From IMG/VR virus record IMGVR_UViG_3300037153_000324, positions 1 through 64,000 of that record: a DNA stretch of 64,000 nt; one strand, 5' to 3'. Made by a program: the position numbers and the translations under genes. The notes below the pieces were generated by a model. That model did not search any database. It saw only the letters and a program-made list of their open reading frames with translations, and was not told the DNA's origin. How positions within the stretch are numbered: the stretch's first letter is position 1; each line of letters starts with the position of its first letter. This document shows positions 27,894 to 38,106 of the stretch, piece by piece. The stretch is from a virus.

Positions 27894-28487
27894 ATGGCAA
27901 GGCTTCCGCTCTACCAATCTCGAAATGGCCTCACTGTTGACAAGCAGACGATCAATGCTATCGAAGAGGAAATTCGCTGGTGTCAAGTAGAAGTGCCGCA
28001 ATTGCTAGCGAAAAATCTCGACACCTTAGTTCGAATTACTGCGCTCAAAGGTCAGATGGAATGTAGACGCATGGCCGCTGGTGTTTACGATCCTACTCAG
28101 TCTCGGCCGGACATGGCTTGGAAGATCCCAGTGCGTAGAATTACAGAGCGCTACTTCTATGGCTGGAAAGTCCGTAGACGAGGGATTGCCGTGTGGGAAG
28201 TCTACAACGATTCTCGCGAGGCATATTACATCGAATACGGTATCTCGCTTAGCGGACGGCGAGTGAGAAGGCCAATTTTGAAATTGGCAGTTCGCAGAAC
28301 GCTCGATTACATGCGAGCTACTCAAGCTGCGCATCGGTTTTTTTCCTCGGTGGTTGGTGATCCTCAGCACCGGCATCGAAGCGGAAAAGGATTTGTAATT
28401 TACGCGCAGTCGCCTCCAATGCGCTTGGTTGGCGTTACGGGGCCAAATCTTCCTGCTGATCCGCCTAGCGGAGTGACGTTGATATGA
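27894..28487 (+). CDS. HK97 gp10-like tail completion protein
   Basis: PVR..RY..GW, VYN...AYYIEYG, RPIL. Confidence 0.65.
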   Translation: MARLPLYQSRNGLTVDKQTINAIEEEIRWCQVEVPQLLAKNLDTLVRITALKGQMECRRMAAGVYDPTQSRPDMAWKIPVRRITERYFYGWKVRRRGIAVWEVYNDSREAYYIEYGISLSGRRVRRPILKLAVRRTLDYMRATQAAHRFFSSVVGDPQHRHRSGKGFVIYAQSPPMRLVGVTGPNLPADPPSGVTLI

Positions 28488-29125
28488 CGCAGACGAACGT
28501 TTACAACCCCGAGCTTCCTATCGAGACGGCTGTGCGTGCCCTGAAGGAGTACGCAGAGACGCAACTCGACAAATCGGTGATGTACAACGGCACACCGCAG
28601 GGTCATCAGATTTATCAGGTGGTCATGGAATTTCCGGCATCGCAAGTGCCTCCTGCTAAAGTACCGCTGTCCAAAAACGTCGTCCATTTTGAAATTGATG
28701 AGGTAACACCGCGCATTCTCGGTCTTGGTGACAACATCTTCGCCGACAATTTCAATGATGGCGATTATTCGATGCAACCGCAGGAAGGCTCAGTAATCGA
28801 GATGAACTGGGACGTGGGCGTGTGGACGAGTGACAAGACTGGTGGGACGACTGCTCGAATGCGGGCCTATCAGACGTTACAGTTCATGTTCAACGGAGCG
28901 CTTGCAATTACTCGACTACGGCTTGCCACGGATTCCGGTGATGGTGGTCTTGAAATTCTCAAATTCGAGGGAGGGAGATTTATCACAGAGCGCGTAAACG
29001 ACATTGATCTGTTTCGGATCACCGATTCGACTCTGACGATCCGAATTTTCACACGAACCCCGAAGGACGTGGTTATGGCTGCAATCGAAGATATTTCCCA
29101 AGATCCGCACTTCGACGTGGAATAG
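28484..29125 (+). CDS. tail terminator-like protein
   Basis: position just before the sheath gene. Confidence 0.55.
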   Translation: MTQTNVYNPELPIETAVRALKEYAETQLDKSVMYNGTPQGHQIYQVVMEFPASQVPPAKVPLSKNVVHFEIDEVTPRILGLGDNIFADNFNDGDYSMQPQEGSVIEMNWDVGVWTSDKTGGTTARMRAYQTLQFMFNGALAITRLRLATDSGDGGLEILKFEGGRFITERVNDIDLFRITDSTLTIRIFTRTPKDVVMAAIEDISQDPHFDVE

Positions 29126-29140
29126 GGAGGAGGAATTACA

Positions 29141-30289
29141 TTGTCAAGCGTGCAACTTTTTCCAGAAGTTATCGACGCGAGTCAGCTTCAGCCACGCGCG
29201 GCTGCAACTGTTTACTTGCCCGTTGGCGTCGAAGGAATGTCTGCTGAGGCAGGTGAGGCAGAAGAAAAACAGCCGTATGTAATTTCACGGCTGGACGAAG
29301 CTCAGACGCTCTTCGGAAGCACATCGTCGCTCTACACGATCATCAAGTGTGTGCTCGACCGGGGTGCTGGCCCTGTGTTGGCAATTGCATCGGCTGTAAG
29401 CGACGACACTCTGCCTGATTTGACCGACAGGCAGGCGGCGTGGGAATTCCTGGAAAGCGATCAGACGGTACGCATCCGCTTGACCGATTCAATCGTGCAG
29501 GCTGATTTGGTCGCACTTGCCGTTTCGGCCAAGAATGCGAACACGATCTACAACAAGCAAATTGCATTGTGCGGAATGGACGCGGCCACCACCAAGGCCA
29601 ATCTCCTTTCTGCTGCAACTGCAATTGGCGCAGATGTGGAGGGGGCAAAGCGAATCGCTCTCATTGCTCCGGGCGTATTCGATGAAACCGGAGTGCTTCG
29701 GGACGGCTCCTACGCAGCGGCTTGTGTCGCTGCTGAAATTGCAAAGAATAGTGATCCTGGAAATGACCTGGATCTGCTACCTCTGCCCTTCTTGACCGGA
29801 ATCGCGACAGATGTAAATGGCCTGCCTGTGTTCCGCAAGAAGGTGTCCTCCGGAGTTGCCGTCAACGATTTCGAGGATCTGCTTCAGGGCGGCGTTTCTC
29901 CGCTCATGGCTTCGAAGTCTGGCGCAGGTGTAGAAATTACACATCTTCGCACGGCTTACACGGCCGATGGAACGTTCGACAGTCTCTACACTCGCATCAT
30001 CATCGACCAAGTTTTCCTCGACGTGAAAACGTACATCGAGGACAACAATTTTCTTCGGGCCGGAAACACGGATGCAACACGGGCACGGATCGGTTCTGGT
30101 GTCGAAGCTGTGCTCAACGAGCGACGAGAGTGGATTTCACCCGTCACGCAGCCGGACGGCACGACTGGTTACAAGGTCAGCGTCACTTCTGACCAGACGC
30201 AGCGCCAGGTCACGGTCGGATACGAAGGTGTCATCGTACGCGGAATCTCGACTGTCCGCGTGGCCCCGTCGTTCACGATCAGCGTGTAG
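29141..30289 (+). CDS. contractile tail sheath protein
   Basis: A..LFG..SSL, LLQGGVSPL, I...RT.Y, RIID.V sheath C-terminal signature. Confidence 0.85.
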   Translation: MSSVQLFPEVIDASQLQPRAAATVYLPVGVEGMSAEAGEAEEKQPYVISRLDEAQTLFGSTSSLYTIIKCVLDRGAGPVLAIASAVSDDTLPDLTDRQAAWEFLESDQTVRIRLTDSIVQADLVALAVSAKNANTIYNKQIALCGMDAATTKANLLSAATAIGADVEGAKRIALIAPGVFDETGVLRDGSYAAACVAAEIAKNSDPGNDLDLLPLPFLTGIATDVNGLPVFRKKVSSGVAVNDFEDLLQGGVSPLMASKSGAGVEITHLRTAYTADGTFDSLYTRIIIDQVFLDVKTYIEDNNFLRAGNTDATRARIGSGVEAVLNERREWISPVTQPDGTTGYKVSVTSDQTQRQVTVGYEGVIVRGISTVRVAPSFTISV

Positions 30290-30301
30290 CGAAGGGAGGT
30301 A

Positions 30302-30709
30302 ATGAAATTGGCGTGGCTTATGGGCATGACTGCGGTGGATCTTGGAATTACGTTCGAAAGTGGGCGAGATTTCGCTGCAACACAGGATATGACGGAAGAG
30401 GTACGGCAGGAAGTCACGTATCAGGGTGCCTTTGGGACGGATGGGCCGGTTTTGAGGCGCGTACGGGCCGCTGACGAAGGCACAGTGAGCTTCACGGCGG
30501 TACTCCTCAAGCAAGGTGTGGCAAATCGGATGAATGATGAATCCCTGCTACAGCAAATGCGTGATTTCGACGTGCAGGTGAAGCGTGGGAATCGCGTTAT
30601 CACATACCGAGGCTGCAACTGGAACCGAATTTCAATTCGGTCAACGCTGGATCAGGTGACGCTCGATTCGGACATATCTGTGCCGGGCTATGCAGCCCCA
30701 GTGAACTAA
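30302..30709 (+). CDS. tail tube protein
   Basis: 135 aa after the sheath; TYRGC.W beta-rich fold. Confidence 0.75.
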   Translation: MKLAWLMGMTAVDLGITFESGRDFAATQDMTEEVRQEVTYQGAFGTDGPVLRRVRAADEGTVSFTAVLLKQGVANRMNDESLLQQMRDFDVQVKRGNRVITYRGCNWNRISIRSTLDQVTLDSDISVPGYAAPVN

Positions 30710-30730
30710 GCAATTTCAAAGGGCGGAAAA

Positions 30731-31042
30731 ATGGACAGGCGTCTAGAAGAGCTACTAGAGCGTGGGGTCACTGCGCTCGAAAGCATCGCGGCTGACCCCA
30801 TTCTGCATCCGGAAACTGGCCCACCATTTTGCCCGCACTGCGGCACGACGAATCCTGTAATTCGGGTTCAGGATCGTGCCGCAAGTGGGCCGTTGGGTGA
30901 GTTTGTGATTGAGGCGCACTGTACGACGTGCGACAACGTATTCTACGGAATGCCGTCTGCGTACTTGTGCGTGAAATCTGTCGATGAAATCCGCGAAGAG
31001 TTGTCCAAGAGGGCGGGAGTTGAAAATGGCACGTATCGCTGA
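30731..31042 (+). CDS. Zn-ribbon hypothetical protein
   Basis: CPHCG and CTTC. Confidence 0.65.
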   Translation: MDRRLEELLERGVTALESIAADPILHPETGPPFCPHCGTTNPVIRVQDRAASGPLGEFVIEAHCTTCDNVFYGMPSAYLCVKSVDEIREELSKRAGVENGTYR

Positions 31043-31586
31043 GACAATCTCAGAGCGTAGACTAGAGCGAATGCGGCTTGGTCAGGCGACGTGCAGCTTT
31101 GTCACCCTGACAAGCGATCCTGAAATTCGGATTCCGATTGTACCGTTGTCCGAAGCGGAATACTCACAGGTGCTTGCCAAGGTGGCCTCAATTGACGCAC
31201 CGCTGGACGTTGCCGGTGCTGCGGTCAGGGATCGTGCTCAAGCTCAAGAAATTTTGGTGCGTGCGTTTCGTGAAGAGGAGGATCTGACCAAGCGAGCGTT
31301 CGTGTCTGTCGATGAAATGATGAAATCGCTGGAAGTCAGTGATATCGACACGGCATTTGACGAGTATAGCGAAATGGTTGCAAATTCATCGCCACGGCTA
31401 GAGGCAATTCCTCAGACAGAGTTGGACAACCTAAAAAAAGCCTTGCAGGAAATGAATTGGAACGAGTTGTCTGGCAGATCATGGTACGCACTAAAACGCT
31501 TCCTTTCAACGATCATGCCTTCGCCACTCCTGGACAACTGGTTTGGGTCTATCTCAATGAGCGACTCGACTACGAAGAGCGATTGA
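31026..31586 (+). CDS. tail assembly chaperone (G)
   Basis: position before the tape measure; slippery A AAA AAA at 31433-31439. Confidence 0.75.
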   Translation: MARIAETISERRLERMRLGQATCSFVTLTSDPEIRIPIVPLSEAEYSQVLAKVASIDAPLDVAGAAVRDRAQAQEILVRAFREEEDLTKRAFVSVDEMMKSLEVSDIDTAFDEYSEMVANSSPRLEAIPQTELDNLKKALQEMNWNELSGRSWYALKRFLSTIMPSPLLDNWFGSISMSDSTTKSD

Positions 31587-31810
31587 GCAAAATTCATGTT
31601 CACTGTTTGCCAAAGTTTTTTCAAGACAACTGCGAGGTTTGTCACGAACCGATTATCGACACCAAACGACTGCCTCCTGAAATTCAGGAAAAGGTCTATC
31701 GGCCAGGCAATGACGAGGAGTACAACGTGGAAGTCGATCTGACTCCTCCGGTGAGCTTCAGTGGTGGGGCAAGCCATGAAATTGAAGTAAGCGTACCGGC
31801 TGACGAATGA
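31433..31810 (+). CDS. -1 frameshift extension of the tail assembly chaperone (GT)
   Basis: -1 frame open from the A7 run to 31810 (LERVVWQIMV...TPGQLVWVY). Confidence 0.75.
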   Translation, partial: KKSLAGNELERVVWQIMVRTKTLPFNDHAFATPGQLVWVYLNERLDYEERLSKIHVHCLPKFFQDNCEVCHEPIIDTKRLPPEIQEKVYRPGNDEEYNVEVDLTPPVSFSGGASHEIEVSVPADE

Positions 31811-34116
31811 GCACTGTTCAAAATACACTGATCTGGCGTCTCACTGCCCGAGGCACGGGCGAAGTAATTTCGTCGTTCAACCAGATCGGCAGTGGTTTTC
31901 AACGTCTAGGCTCGCAGATCAATCAGCAGTCGCGGATGAGCGAGCGACTGAATGCCCAGTGGCGTGCAATGGGTACGACGATCCGCTATGCAATTGCTGG
32001 CGGAACGATTTTCGGGCTTACTCGCATGGCAAGCGAGCTAAAGGATATTCAGACGCAGCTTGGTCTAATTTCAGCAATCGCTTCACAGCCTGGCCCTGCC
32101 GGTGGCCTTGTTGGTGTGCCGTTTTCGGATCAACAGATCACGCAGCTTGGAAATAGGCTCAGACAAGTCTCTACGGATACGCTCACGCCTTTGCAAGACA
32201 TTCAATCCGCTGCACTCAACCTGCTTTCGACCGTGCAGGGGGTTCCACAAGATCAAATTTCACCAATGCTGGAAACCATCACCAAAGGAGCCAAACTCGC
32301 GCAGACTCCGACTGAGGATCTGACCAAGGCAATTACAACGATGAACATTGCCTTCGGCCAGGCAAACAATGTCAGGAATGTGCAGCAAGGGGTGCAACGC
32401 TGGTTCTCACTGATTCAGCTTGCCCCTGGCGGTGTTTCTGCTGGCCCTGAAATTGTGCAGCAACTTTCACCTGTTGCTGCGGTAGCTCGGTTGCAGCCTG
32501 GCATAAATACAACCGGCCGTGAAGCGCAGGCGCAAATGATGGCTCTCATGCTCGGTGCAGTGCGCACAGGTGCCACACCGTCCACGGCTGGACGAGGATT
32601 GGCATTCCTGATTCAGAGCATCTTGCAACCAAAAACAGCCGCATCGAAGCAGGCACTTGCTTCAATGGGAATTACACCTGAGTTTACCCACCGAGAAGGT
32701 TTCTGGCCTTCGTTGATGAAGCTGTTTCAGCACATCAATTTCAAGGGTGATCCCAAGGCACTTGCAGCAATTCCAGACGATCAGCTAGAGGATATGGGTA
32801 CCTCAGCGCTCAAAGGGCTAGACCCTCAGCAAGCAGAGCTATTGAATCGTGCAATTCCGCGAATTCATGGAGTGCGTACGGCTGTAATTCTGGCATCTCA
32901 ACTTCAGAAGCATGGGCAGGTGCAGTCGCTTGCACAGGATTACCAGATCATGCTCGGGCATTTCAATCAGCATGACAAGGATGTACTGCTTCTCAACCGC
33001 GCATGGGATCGTTTTCGGAATCGGTCAAGATTGCAAGAAGCGGTAACTGCAATTCACAACATGCAGCTTCAGGTTGCTCAGACATTTCTTCCTGTTTTGA
33101 ATTACGCTGCCAGAGGAGCATCATACGTCTCAAGGCAGGCCCAAGCACATCCGACAATTACAAGAGATGTTACGCTTGCGATGACTGCTGCTATCGGTGG
33201 TGCTGGAATTCTTAGGTTCCTTGGCGGTGGCGGTGGAATTCGCGGATTGCTGCGCAGGGGAGCAGGTGGCGGCGGTGAAGCAATTGTCAGGTCACAGGCT
33301 GTTGCTGCACTTGCAAATACAGGCGTGCTCGGAGGAAGTCCGCTCAATCCGATGTACGTCGTTGTGGTCGATCAGCTTTTCGGATCGAGTGCGCGTAGCC
33401 CAACTGGTGATCCGCTATCTCCGACCGGCCCCAACCCGTATAGGAAGGGTGGAAGTCGCATTGCTGGTTGGGCAAAGAAAATTGGAGGGCCGCTTGGTGG
33501 TTTGTTTGCTGAAGGTGCGGCTGAAATTGGTGCTGGTACAGTAGCTACGGGTGCGGCTCTCTTTGCTGCAATTCCACTTTTGCTAAGCGGCGGTGGTGCA
33601 AAAACTGCCGCAGGGAGACGAGCACAAGCTGCAACTCGCGGAGGAGCCAATCCACTGCTGGCGAAGGTTCTCCAAAACCATGGTCTACATTACGATCCGC
33701 AAAACTACCCGAAATTTCACCATTTGTTGACTGGTTTCACAAAGGGTAGCGTGACGGCAGACCAGTTCGAGAATTACCTTCAAAAGCACAGAGATGTTCT
33801 ACAAGCGCTAGGCGTAATTTCACGACCGCAAACGCCTAGGCAGAACATGCGACAAGAGCCATACTACGCTGCTCAAGCGATGCTCAAGACTTATGAAATT
33901 GCCAGAGCACAACAGGTGCTTCACAGTCCTTACGTGACGGACGTTTCAGGGCTACAGGTTCACAACATCAAGGGCAGGGCTGTAGTGGATTTCACAGTGA
34001 AGATCGAGCAGCCTGGAAAGAAAACGAAAATCGTACGCGAGCATGTCCCAATGGATTTGTGGACACACAAAGCTCCTGCATCCCGAGGCAAGACTGGAAA
34101 GACAGCGAGGAATTAG
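31807..34116 (+). CDS. tape measure protein
   Basis: 769 aa, Ala/Gly/Gln-rich helical, GATPSTAGRGL motif, position. Confidence 0.85.
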   Translation: MSTVQNTLIWRLTARGTGEVISSFNQIGSGFQRLGSQINQQSRMSERLNAQWRAMGTTIRYAIAGGTIFGLTRMASELKDIQTQLGLISAIASQPGPAGGLVGVPFSDQQITQLGNRLRQVSTDTLTPLQDIQSAALNLLSTVQGVPQDQISPMLETITKGAKLAQTPTEDLTKAITTMNIAFGQANNVRNVQQGVQRWFSLIQLAPGGVSAGPEIVQQLSPVAAVARLQPGINTTGREAQAQMMALMLGAVRTGATPSTAGRGLAFLIQSILQPKTAASKQALASMGITPEFTHREGFWPSLMKLFQHINFKGDPKALAAIPDDQLEDMGTSALKGLDPQQAELLNRAIPRIHGVRTAVILASQLQKHGQVQSLAQDYQIMLGHFNQHDKDVLLLNRAWDRFRNRSRLQEAVTAIHNMQLQVAQTFLPVLNYAARGASYVSRQAQAHPTITRDVTLAMTAAIGGAGILRFLGGGGGIRGLLRRGAGGGGEAIVRSQAVAALANTGVLGGSPLNPMYVVVVDQLFGSSARSPTGDPLSPTGPNPYRKGGSRIAGWAKKIGGPLGGLFAEGAAEIGAGTVATGAALFAAIPLLLSGGGAKTAAGRRAQAATRGGANPLLAKVLQNHGLHYDPQNYPKFHHLLTGFTKGSVTADQFENYLQKHRDVLQALGVISRPQTPRQNMRQEPYYAAQAMLKTYEIARAQQVLHSPYVTDVSGLQVHNIKGRAVVDFTVKIEQPGKKTKIVREHVPMDLWTHKAPASRGKTGKTARN

Positions 34117-34899
34117 ATGGCCGTCCCTGACATTATTTCAGGCGAGCTTTGGGTTCCGGGTACTGGGCAAGATCCGGCGAAATACCTTCTTCGCCCTGGC
34201 CGGGTAACTGCCCCTGGCGTACATACGGCAGGGCAATTGCGGCATGCACGGCCATACATGGCGCTAGATGACAAAGCTGGTTCGAGGATGTTTGTATTTC
34301 CGGTCGGCGTCGAAGGGTTCCGTCGTTCTGGCGAGACGAAGCTCGACACGCATTTTTACATTGGCGATAATTCAGCCGATGGTGTTGTTGTTCATCACGA
34401 AGAGGCACACATCGAGCTAAGCGGCGTGCTGCCTGGCTTGACTGCACAGGACAACATGGTTGACTGTATTTCACTTCTTAGGTCATGCCCGATGGACGGA
34501 ATGTTTCTTTACGTGCCCGGAATTTTCGAGAAGGTGCAATACGTCTTGCCGCAGACGTGGGACTTCAGTCACGAAGGCGACGATCGTACGCATTCGATTT
34601 CGTTCACAATTTCATATTTGCGGATTGGTGAAGGTGGAAAGACACGCGATCCGCTTGGTACTGCTCCTCCGACGAATATTCCCGGCTCGAAGAGTGACCC
34701 CAAAGGTTCGGCCGCAAAGACGTTCACTGTCAAAGCTGGTGCGCGAACGCTTAGGCAAATTGCAAGTATCGTCTATGGCGATCCTGAGAAGTGGATTACA
34801 CTTTATCAGTTGAACAGCTTTGGTTCTGGCGGCAGTGATACGCCGATGTTCACGTATGCGACGGCAGTCCTACCAATTGGGACGGTGCTTCGTGTATGA
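34117..34899 (+). CDS. tail tube initiator / LysM baseplate protein
   Basis: C-terminal TLRQIA..VYGDP.KW..LY.LN LysM. Confidence 0.75.
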   Translation: MAVPDIISGELWVPGTGQDPAKYLLRPGRVTAPGVHTAGQLRHARPYMALDDKAGSRMFVFPVGVEGFRRSGETKLDTHFYIGDNSADGVVVHHEEAHIELSGVLPGLTAQDNMVDCISLLRSCPMDGMFLYVPGIFEKVQYVLPQTWDFSHEGDDRTHSISFTISYLRIGEGGKTRDPLGTAPPTNIPGSKSDPKGSAAKTFTVKAGARTLRQIASIVYGDPEKWITLYQLNSFGSGGSDTPMFTYATAVLPIGTVLRV

Positions 34900-35069
34900 C
34901 TCCTGTAATTGAAAAGAAGGTGGCAGTTCGGAAACGGCATGAAAAAGCGATCAAGCTATATCGGATCTGGCTCAAGACAAACTCAAAGGCATCCCGTGAA
35001 CGCAAAATTCAAACATTCGATTTGTTCATTGACTCGGCGTATTTGGACAGTGTAATTTCAGATGGCTAA
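34896..35069 (+). CDS. small basic hypothetical protein (57 aa)
   Basis: translated by hand, ATGA overlap. Confidence 0.5.
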   Translation: MTPVIEKKVAVRKRHEKAIKLYRIWLKTNSKASRERKIQTFDLFIDSAYLDSVISDG

Positions 35070-37305
35070 TCTGGCTGTTGTTGCGAAGGCACTCGTCACT
35101 ACGAAGTGGCAGGGCAAGGCATACCGTCAAATTCCGATTGCAACAATCGAGAGCTACTACGTCGATTCCTCTCTCGACAATGACAGCGATGCATGGAATA
35201 TGGAAATTGGCGATCCGCACGGTGACTTGATGGACGTGTTCGTAAAAGACAACGAAATTCGTGTTACACTGCTTGCTTTTGGGCATCCCGAGGCAACTCC
35301 GATTATGACTGGGATTGCTGACGATGCGGACTACAAAGACGGCGTAATTACATTGACTGGCAGGGATTTGTCCAGTCTAGCGACAGATTCAACGGCAGAA
35401 CCGACGATGTGGCAGAATGCTCGCTCTTCCAGCATTGTTGCGCAGCAAGCCAAGGCACTTGGAATTACAAATGTCTCTGGTCTGGCTCCGACGAAGCCGG
35501 TAAAGAAGCGGCACTACACAGACGGTTCGGAGAGCTACTGGGAATTCTGGTACCGCATGTACCGCAAGGAAGGCATGTGGATTTGGACGGAGCCGGACGG
35601 CGCGTTGATGGGGTCAACGCTGAATTACAACCAGAATCCCAGTTACTTCTTTGGTAATCCCGATCCGAATGACAATGCTTCCGTGAAACAAGCGTACATG
35701 CCTGTCATGGAATTTCAGGGGCACAAGACGGGTCAGAGCCGCTTGCATGAAGTGTGGGTGTATTACCACAACGGTAAGGGTGGTCACAGGGTTGAGCTAA
35801 CCGATCCTACGATTGCTGACTGGTTGAAAAAGCCGCGCAAGATTCTGCTCGATACAGACGCGACCACTGACGCGGGCGCGAAGAAGCTCGGGCTTGAGGA
35901 AATTTTCGAAAGTCAAGTTGGCTCTGTCGAGCACAAGATCCTTGTTTCTGATCCCGGCTACATCATCCGGCAGAACAAAATGTGCCATCTCAGAATTCCC
36001 GAAGAGGGAATCGAAGGTGACTTTTTCATTATCGGCGTGCGCATTCAAGCCGGTACGGATGGCATGGTCTGCGAAGTCAGGTTGCGTGAAAAGAAATATG
36101 CACTGACGAGACGTGTTCCATCTGATCCTGACACGTCAAAAGATCCGTGGGGGCAGAAGGATACGCCTGACGATGCCGCTTCGACACTCGGAGTGAAATG
36201 GGGCGACTTTTTCATCAAAGCTGCTCGTCAATGGCGCGGCCCTTGGGATTTTACTGTATTTCTGGCAACGCTGCTTTCCATTTGTGCGCATGAGACAGGC
36301 TTCAGAAACGAGCGTGTAAATGGTGGCCCTAAGACAGATACAAGCAATCCCGAGTGGTATCCACGGCCAACGCAGGAAGATTTGGGTGTAAAAGCTCAAG
36401 TACCGGGTGGCCCAGTGGTTTCAGATCCTTCGACACTTTCACAACGAGTCGAGCTTTGGAAAACTCGATTTGCCAACATGCACACCAATCCTCGATTGGC
36501 CGGATATTTCGGTGGTGACGATGCAGCAGTGGGGCCAATGCAATTGCTTAGTGTCGGATTGAAATTGGAAGCTGATGCAATGCAAAGTCCGAAAGGCGAA
36601 GTCGAATACGAGGGCGGTCGCTGGAATCCTGAGTACAACATTTGGGTTGGAGCGCATCGCTTGCGTACGGGCCTGAAAGCAACCGTAGGCGACACTGGTA
36701 ATGATGCTGATATTTGGGCTGGTGTCGGAAGCTATTTTGGTGGTAGCGCTTCTGCCACGGCTGCTTACGTTGCAGCAGTAAAGAAATTGTATAGAGAGAC
36801 ATATCTACCGATGGTGCAGGGTTGGTTGAAAACTGAGCAGTCAAGACCGCAGAACGCAGGAAGCGTCACGGATGACACCAACAGGACACCGCAGGGTGGC
36901 TTTGAAAATTCCAAGGCCGATCTTGCCAAACTGACCCACATTCACAAAGCCAGTTCGAGCGTCGATATCGAGCATGTGAATTACGTTTTGCTCAGTCGCG
37001 CAGATGCAGTAGCCAAGTACGTTGGCAAGGAAATTGTCGTAACTTCCGGCTACCGATCACGCGAGGAGCAGATCAAGATTTGGGAGAGTGGCGTTCGGCC
37101 TGCTGCCAACCCATACACAAGCACGTCGAACCATACACTCGGTGAAGCAATCGACTGCACAGTTGACGGAGTAAAAATTGGACTGGCAAAAGGGTTTTCA
37201 ACCGCTACACTCAGAGCATTCAAGCTCCATGTGCTCACACCTGAAACAGAGCCAGGTAGACCCTACGATCCGGTTCACTTGACGAGAATCGAGGTAGACG
37301 GCTAA
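35062..37305 (+). CDS. baseplate hub fused to SLT-like transglycosylase and M15 peptidase domains
   Basis: LTGRD hub motif; HETGF..AVGPMQL..NIWVGA; VTSGYRS..SNH..G.AID..DPVH. Confidence 0.8.
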   Translation: MANLAVVAKALVTTKWQGKAYRQIPIATIESYYVDSSLDNDSDAWNMEIGDPHGDLMDVFVKDNEIRVTLLAFGHPEATPIMTGIADDADYKDGVITLTGRDLSSLATDSTAEPTMWQNARSSSIVAQQAKALGITNVSGLAPTKPVKKRHYTDGSESYWEFWYRMYRKEGMWIWTEPDGALMGSTLNYNQNPSYFFGNPDPNDNASVKQAYMPVMEFQGHKTGQSRLHEVWVYYHNGKGGHRVELTDPTIADWLKKPRKILLDTDATTDAGAKKLGLEEIFESQVGSVEHKILVSDPGYIIRQNKMCHLRIPEEGIEGDFFIIGVRIQAGTDGMVCEVRLREKKYALTRRVPSDPDTSKDPWGQKDTPDDAASTLGVKWGDFFIKAARQWRGPWDFTVFLATLLSICAHETGFRNERVNGGPKTDTSNPEWYPRPTQEDLGVKAQVPGGPVVSDPSTLSQRVELWKTRFANMHTNPRLAGYFGGDDAAVGPMQLLSVGLKLEADAMQSPKGEVEYEGGRWNPEYNIWVGAHRLRTGLKATVGDTGNDADIWAGVGSYFGGSASATAAYVAAVKKLYRETYLPMVQGWLKTEQSRPQNAGSVTDDTNRTPQGGFENSKADLAKLTHIHKASSSVDIEHVNYVLLSRADAVAKYVGKEIVVTSGYRSREEQIKIWESGVRPAANPYTSTSNHTLGEAIDCTVDGVKIGLAKGFSTATLRAFKLHVLTPETEPGRPYDPVHLTRIEVDG

Positions 37306-37710
37306 ATGCCAATTACAGATGCGGAATGGGGCGGCATTGCGGATCTAGCAGAACGTGTTGCAGTTCAGACGGCTGGAACGAAACTCAGTTATTTTGTTAC
37401 CGGCACTGTTGTTCGAAGTGACCAAGACACAATGTGTGTGTGGCTAAAGGAATTTGGCGAACAGCCAATTCCAATTGTTGGTTTCAAGGTTGAAGTGACG
37501 TATTACGACGAGACTCCTGCCGGAACGAAAGCCCCCTCAGTCGGGTCAGACTCGCCGTACAAGCTCACCAAGAAAAAGGCGAAAGTGAAAACACTCGTTC
37601 CTGATCCCGGTCAGCTTGTCTTGGTGGTGCGTGAGATGGGTGAAACGAGAATTCCTCGTTGCCTAGGTGTAATTCTAGGTACGGACTGGATTATTCCGGA
37701 GGACGAGTAA
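37306..37710 (+). CDS. baseplate spike (gpV-like OB fold)
   Basis: GTVV, PDPGQLVLV, LG. Confidence 0.65.
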   Translation: MPITDAEWGGIADLAERVAVQTAGTKLSYFVTGTVVRSDQDTMCVWLKEFGEQPIPIVGFKVEVTYYDETPAGTKAPSVGSDSPYKLTKKKAKVKTLVPDPGQLVLVVREMGETRIPRCLGVILGTDWIIPEDE

Positions 37711-38106
37711 ATGTACGATCTGGCTGTATCGAACCACGGCGACTTGCTATTTTCAGCCGCCCGCGATCTTCAAGGTAAGAGTGGAATTCCCTTGTTCGAT
37801 CAGCAGATTGTCTCTCGCCTGCGCATTCGACGTGGAACATGGATTTACGACTTGACCAAAACGCTAGGAAGCCGCATTCCTGAAATTCTGAACAGGCCGC
37901 GTGAAGAAGCGGCGTCGATGATTCCCGCGTTTGTTCAAGAAGCACTCAGAGAGATGGACGATGACATTACGATCATCGAGATTGTTACATCCTCAGATTT
38001 CAACACTGTGAACGTTCAAATTCATTACACGGCCATTGTGCCCGGTGTTCAAGAGCCGCAACTTGTAAATGTCGTAACCGTTCCCTTCGTAATCGGGAGT
38101 GAGTAA
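37711..38106 (+). CDS. baseplate gp25/gpW-like protein
   Basis: QQI..RL...RG.W......GSR. Confidence 0.75.
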   Translation: MYDLAVSNHGDLLFSAARDLQGKSGIPLFDQQIVSRLRIRRGTWIYDLTKTLGSRIPEILNRPREEAASMIPAFVQEALREMDDDITIIEIVTSSDFNTVNVQIHYTAIVPGVQEPQLVNVVTVPFVIGSE

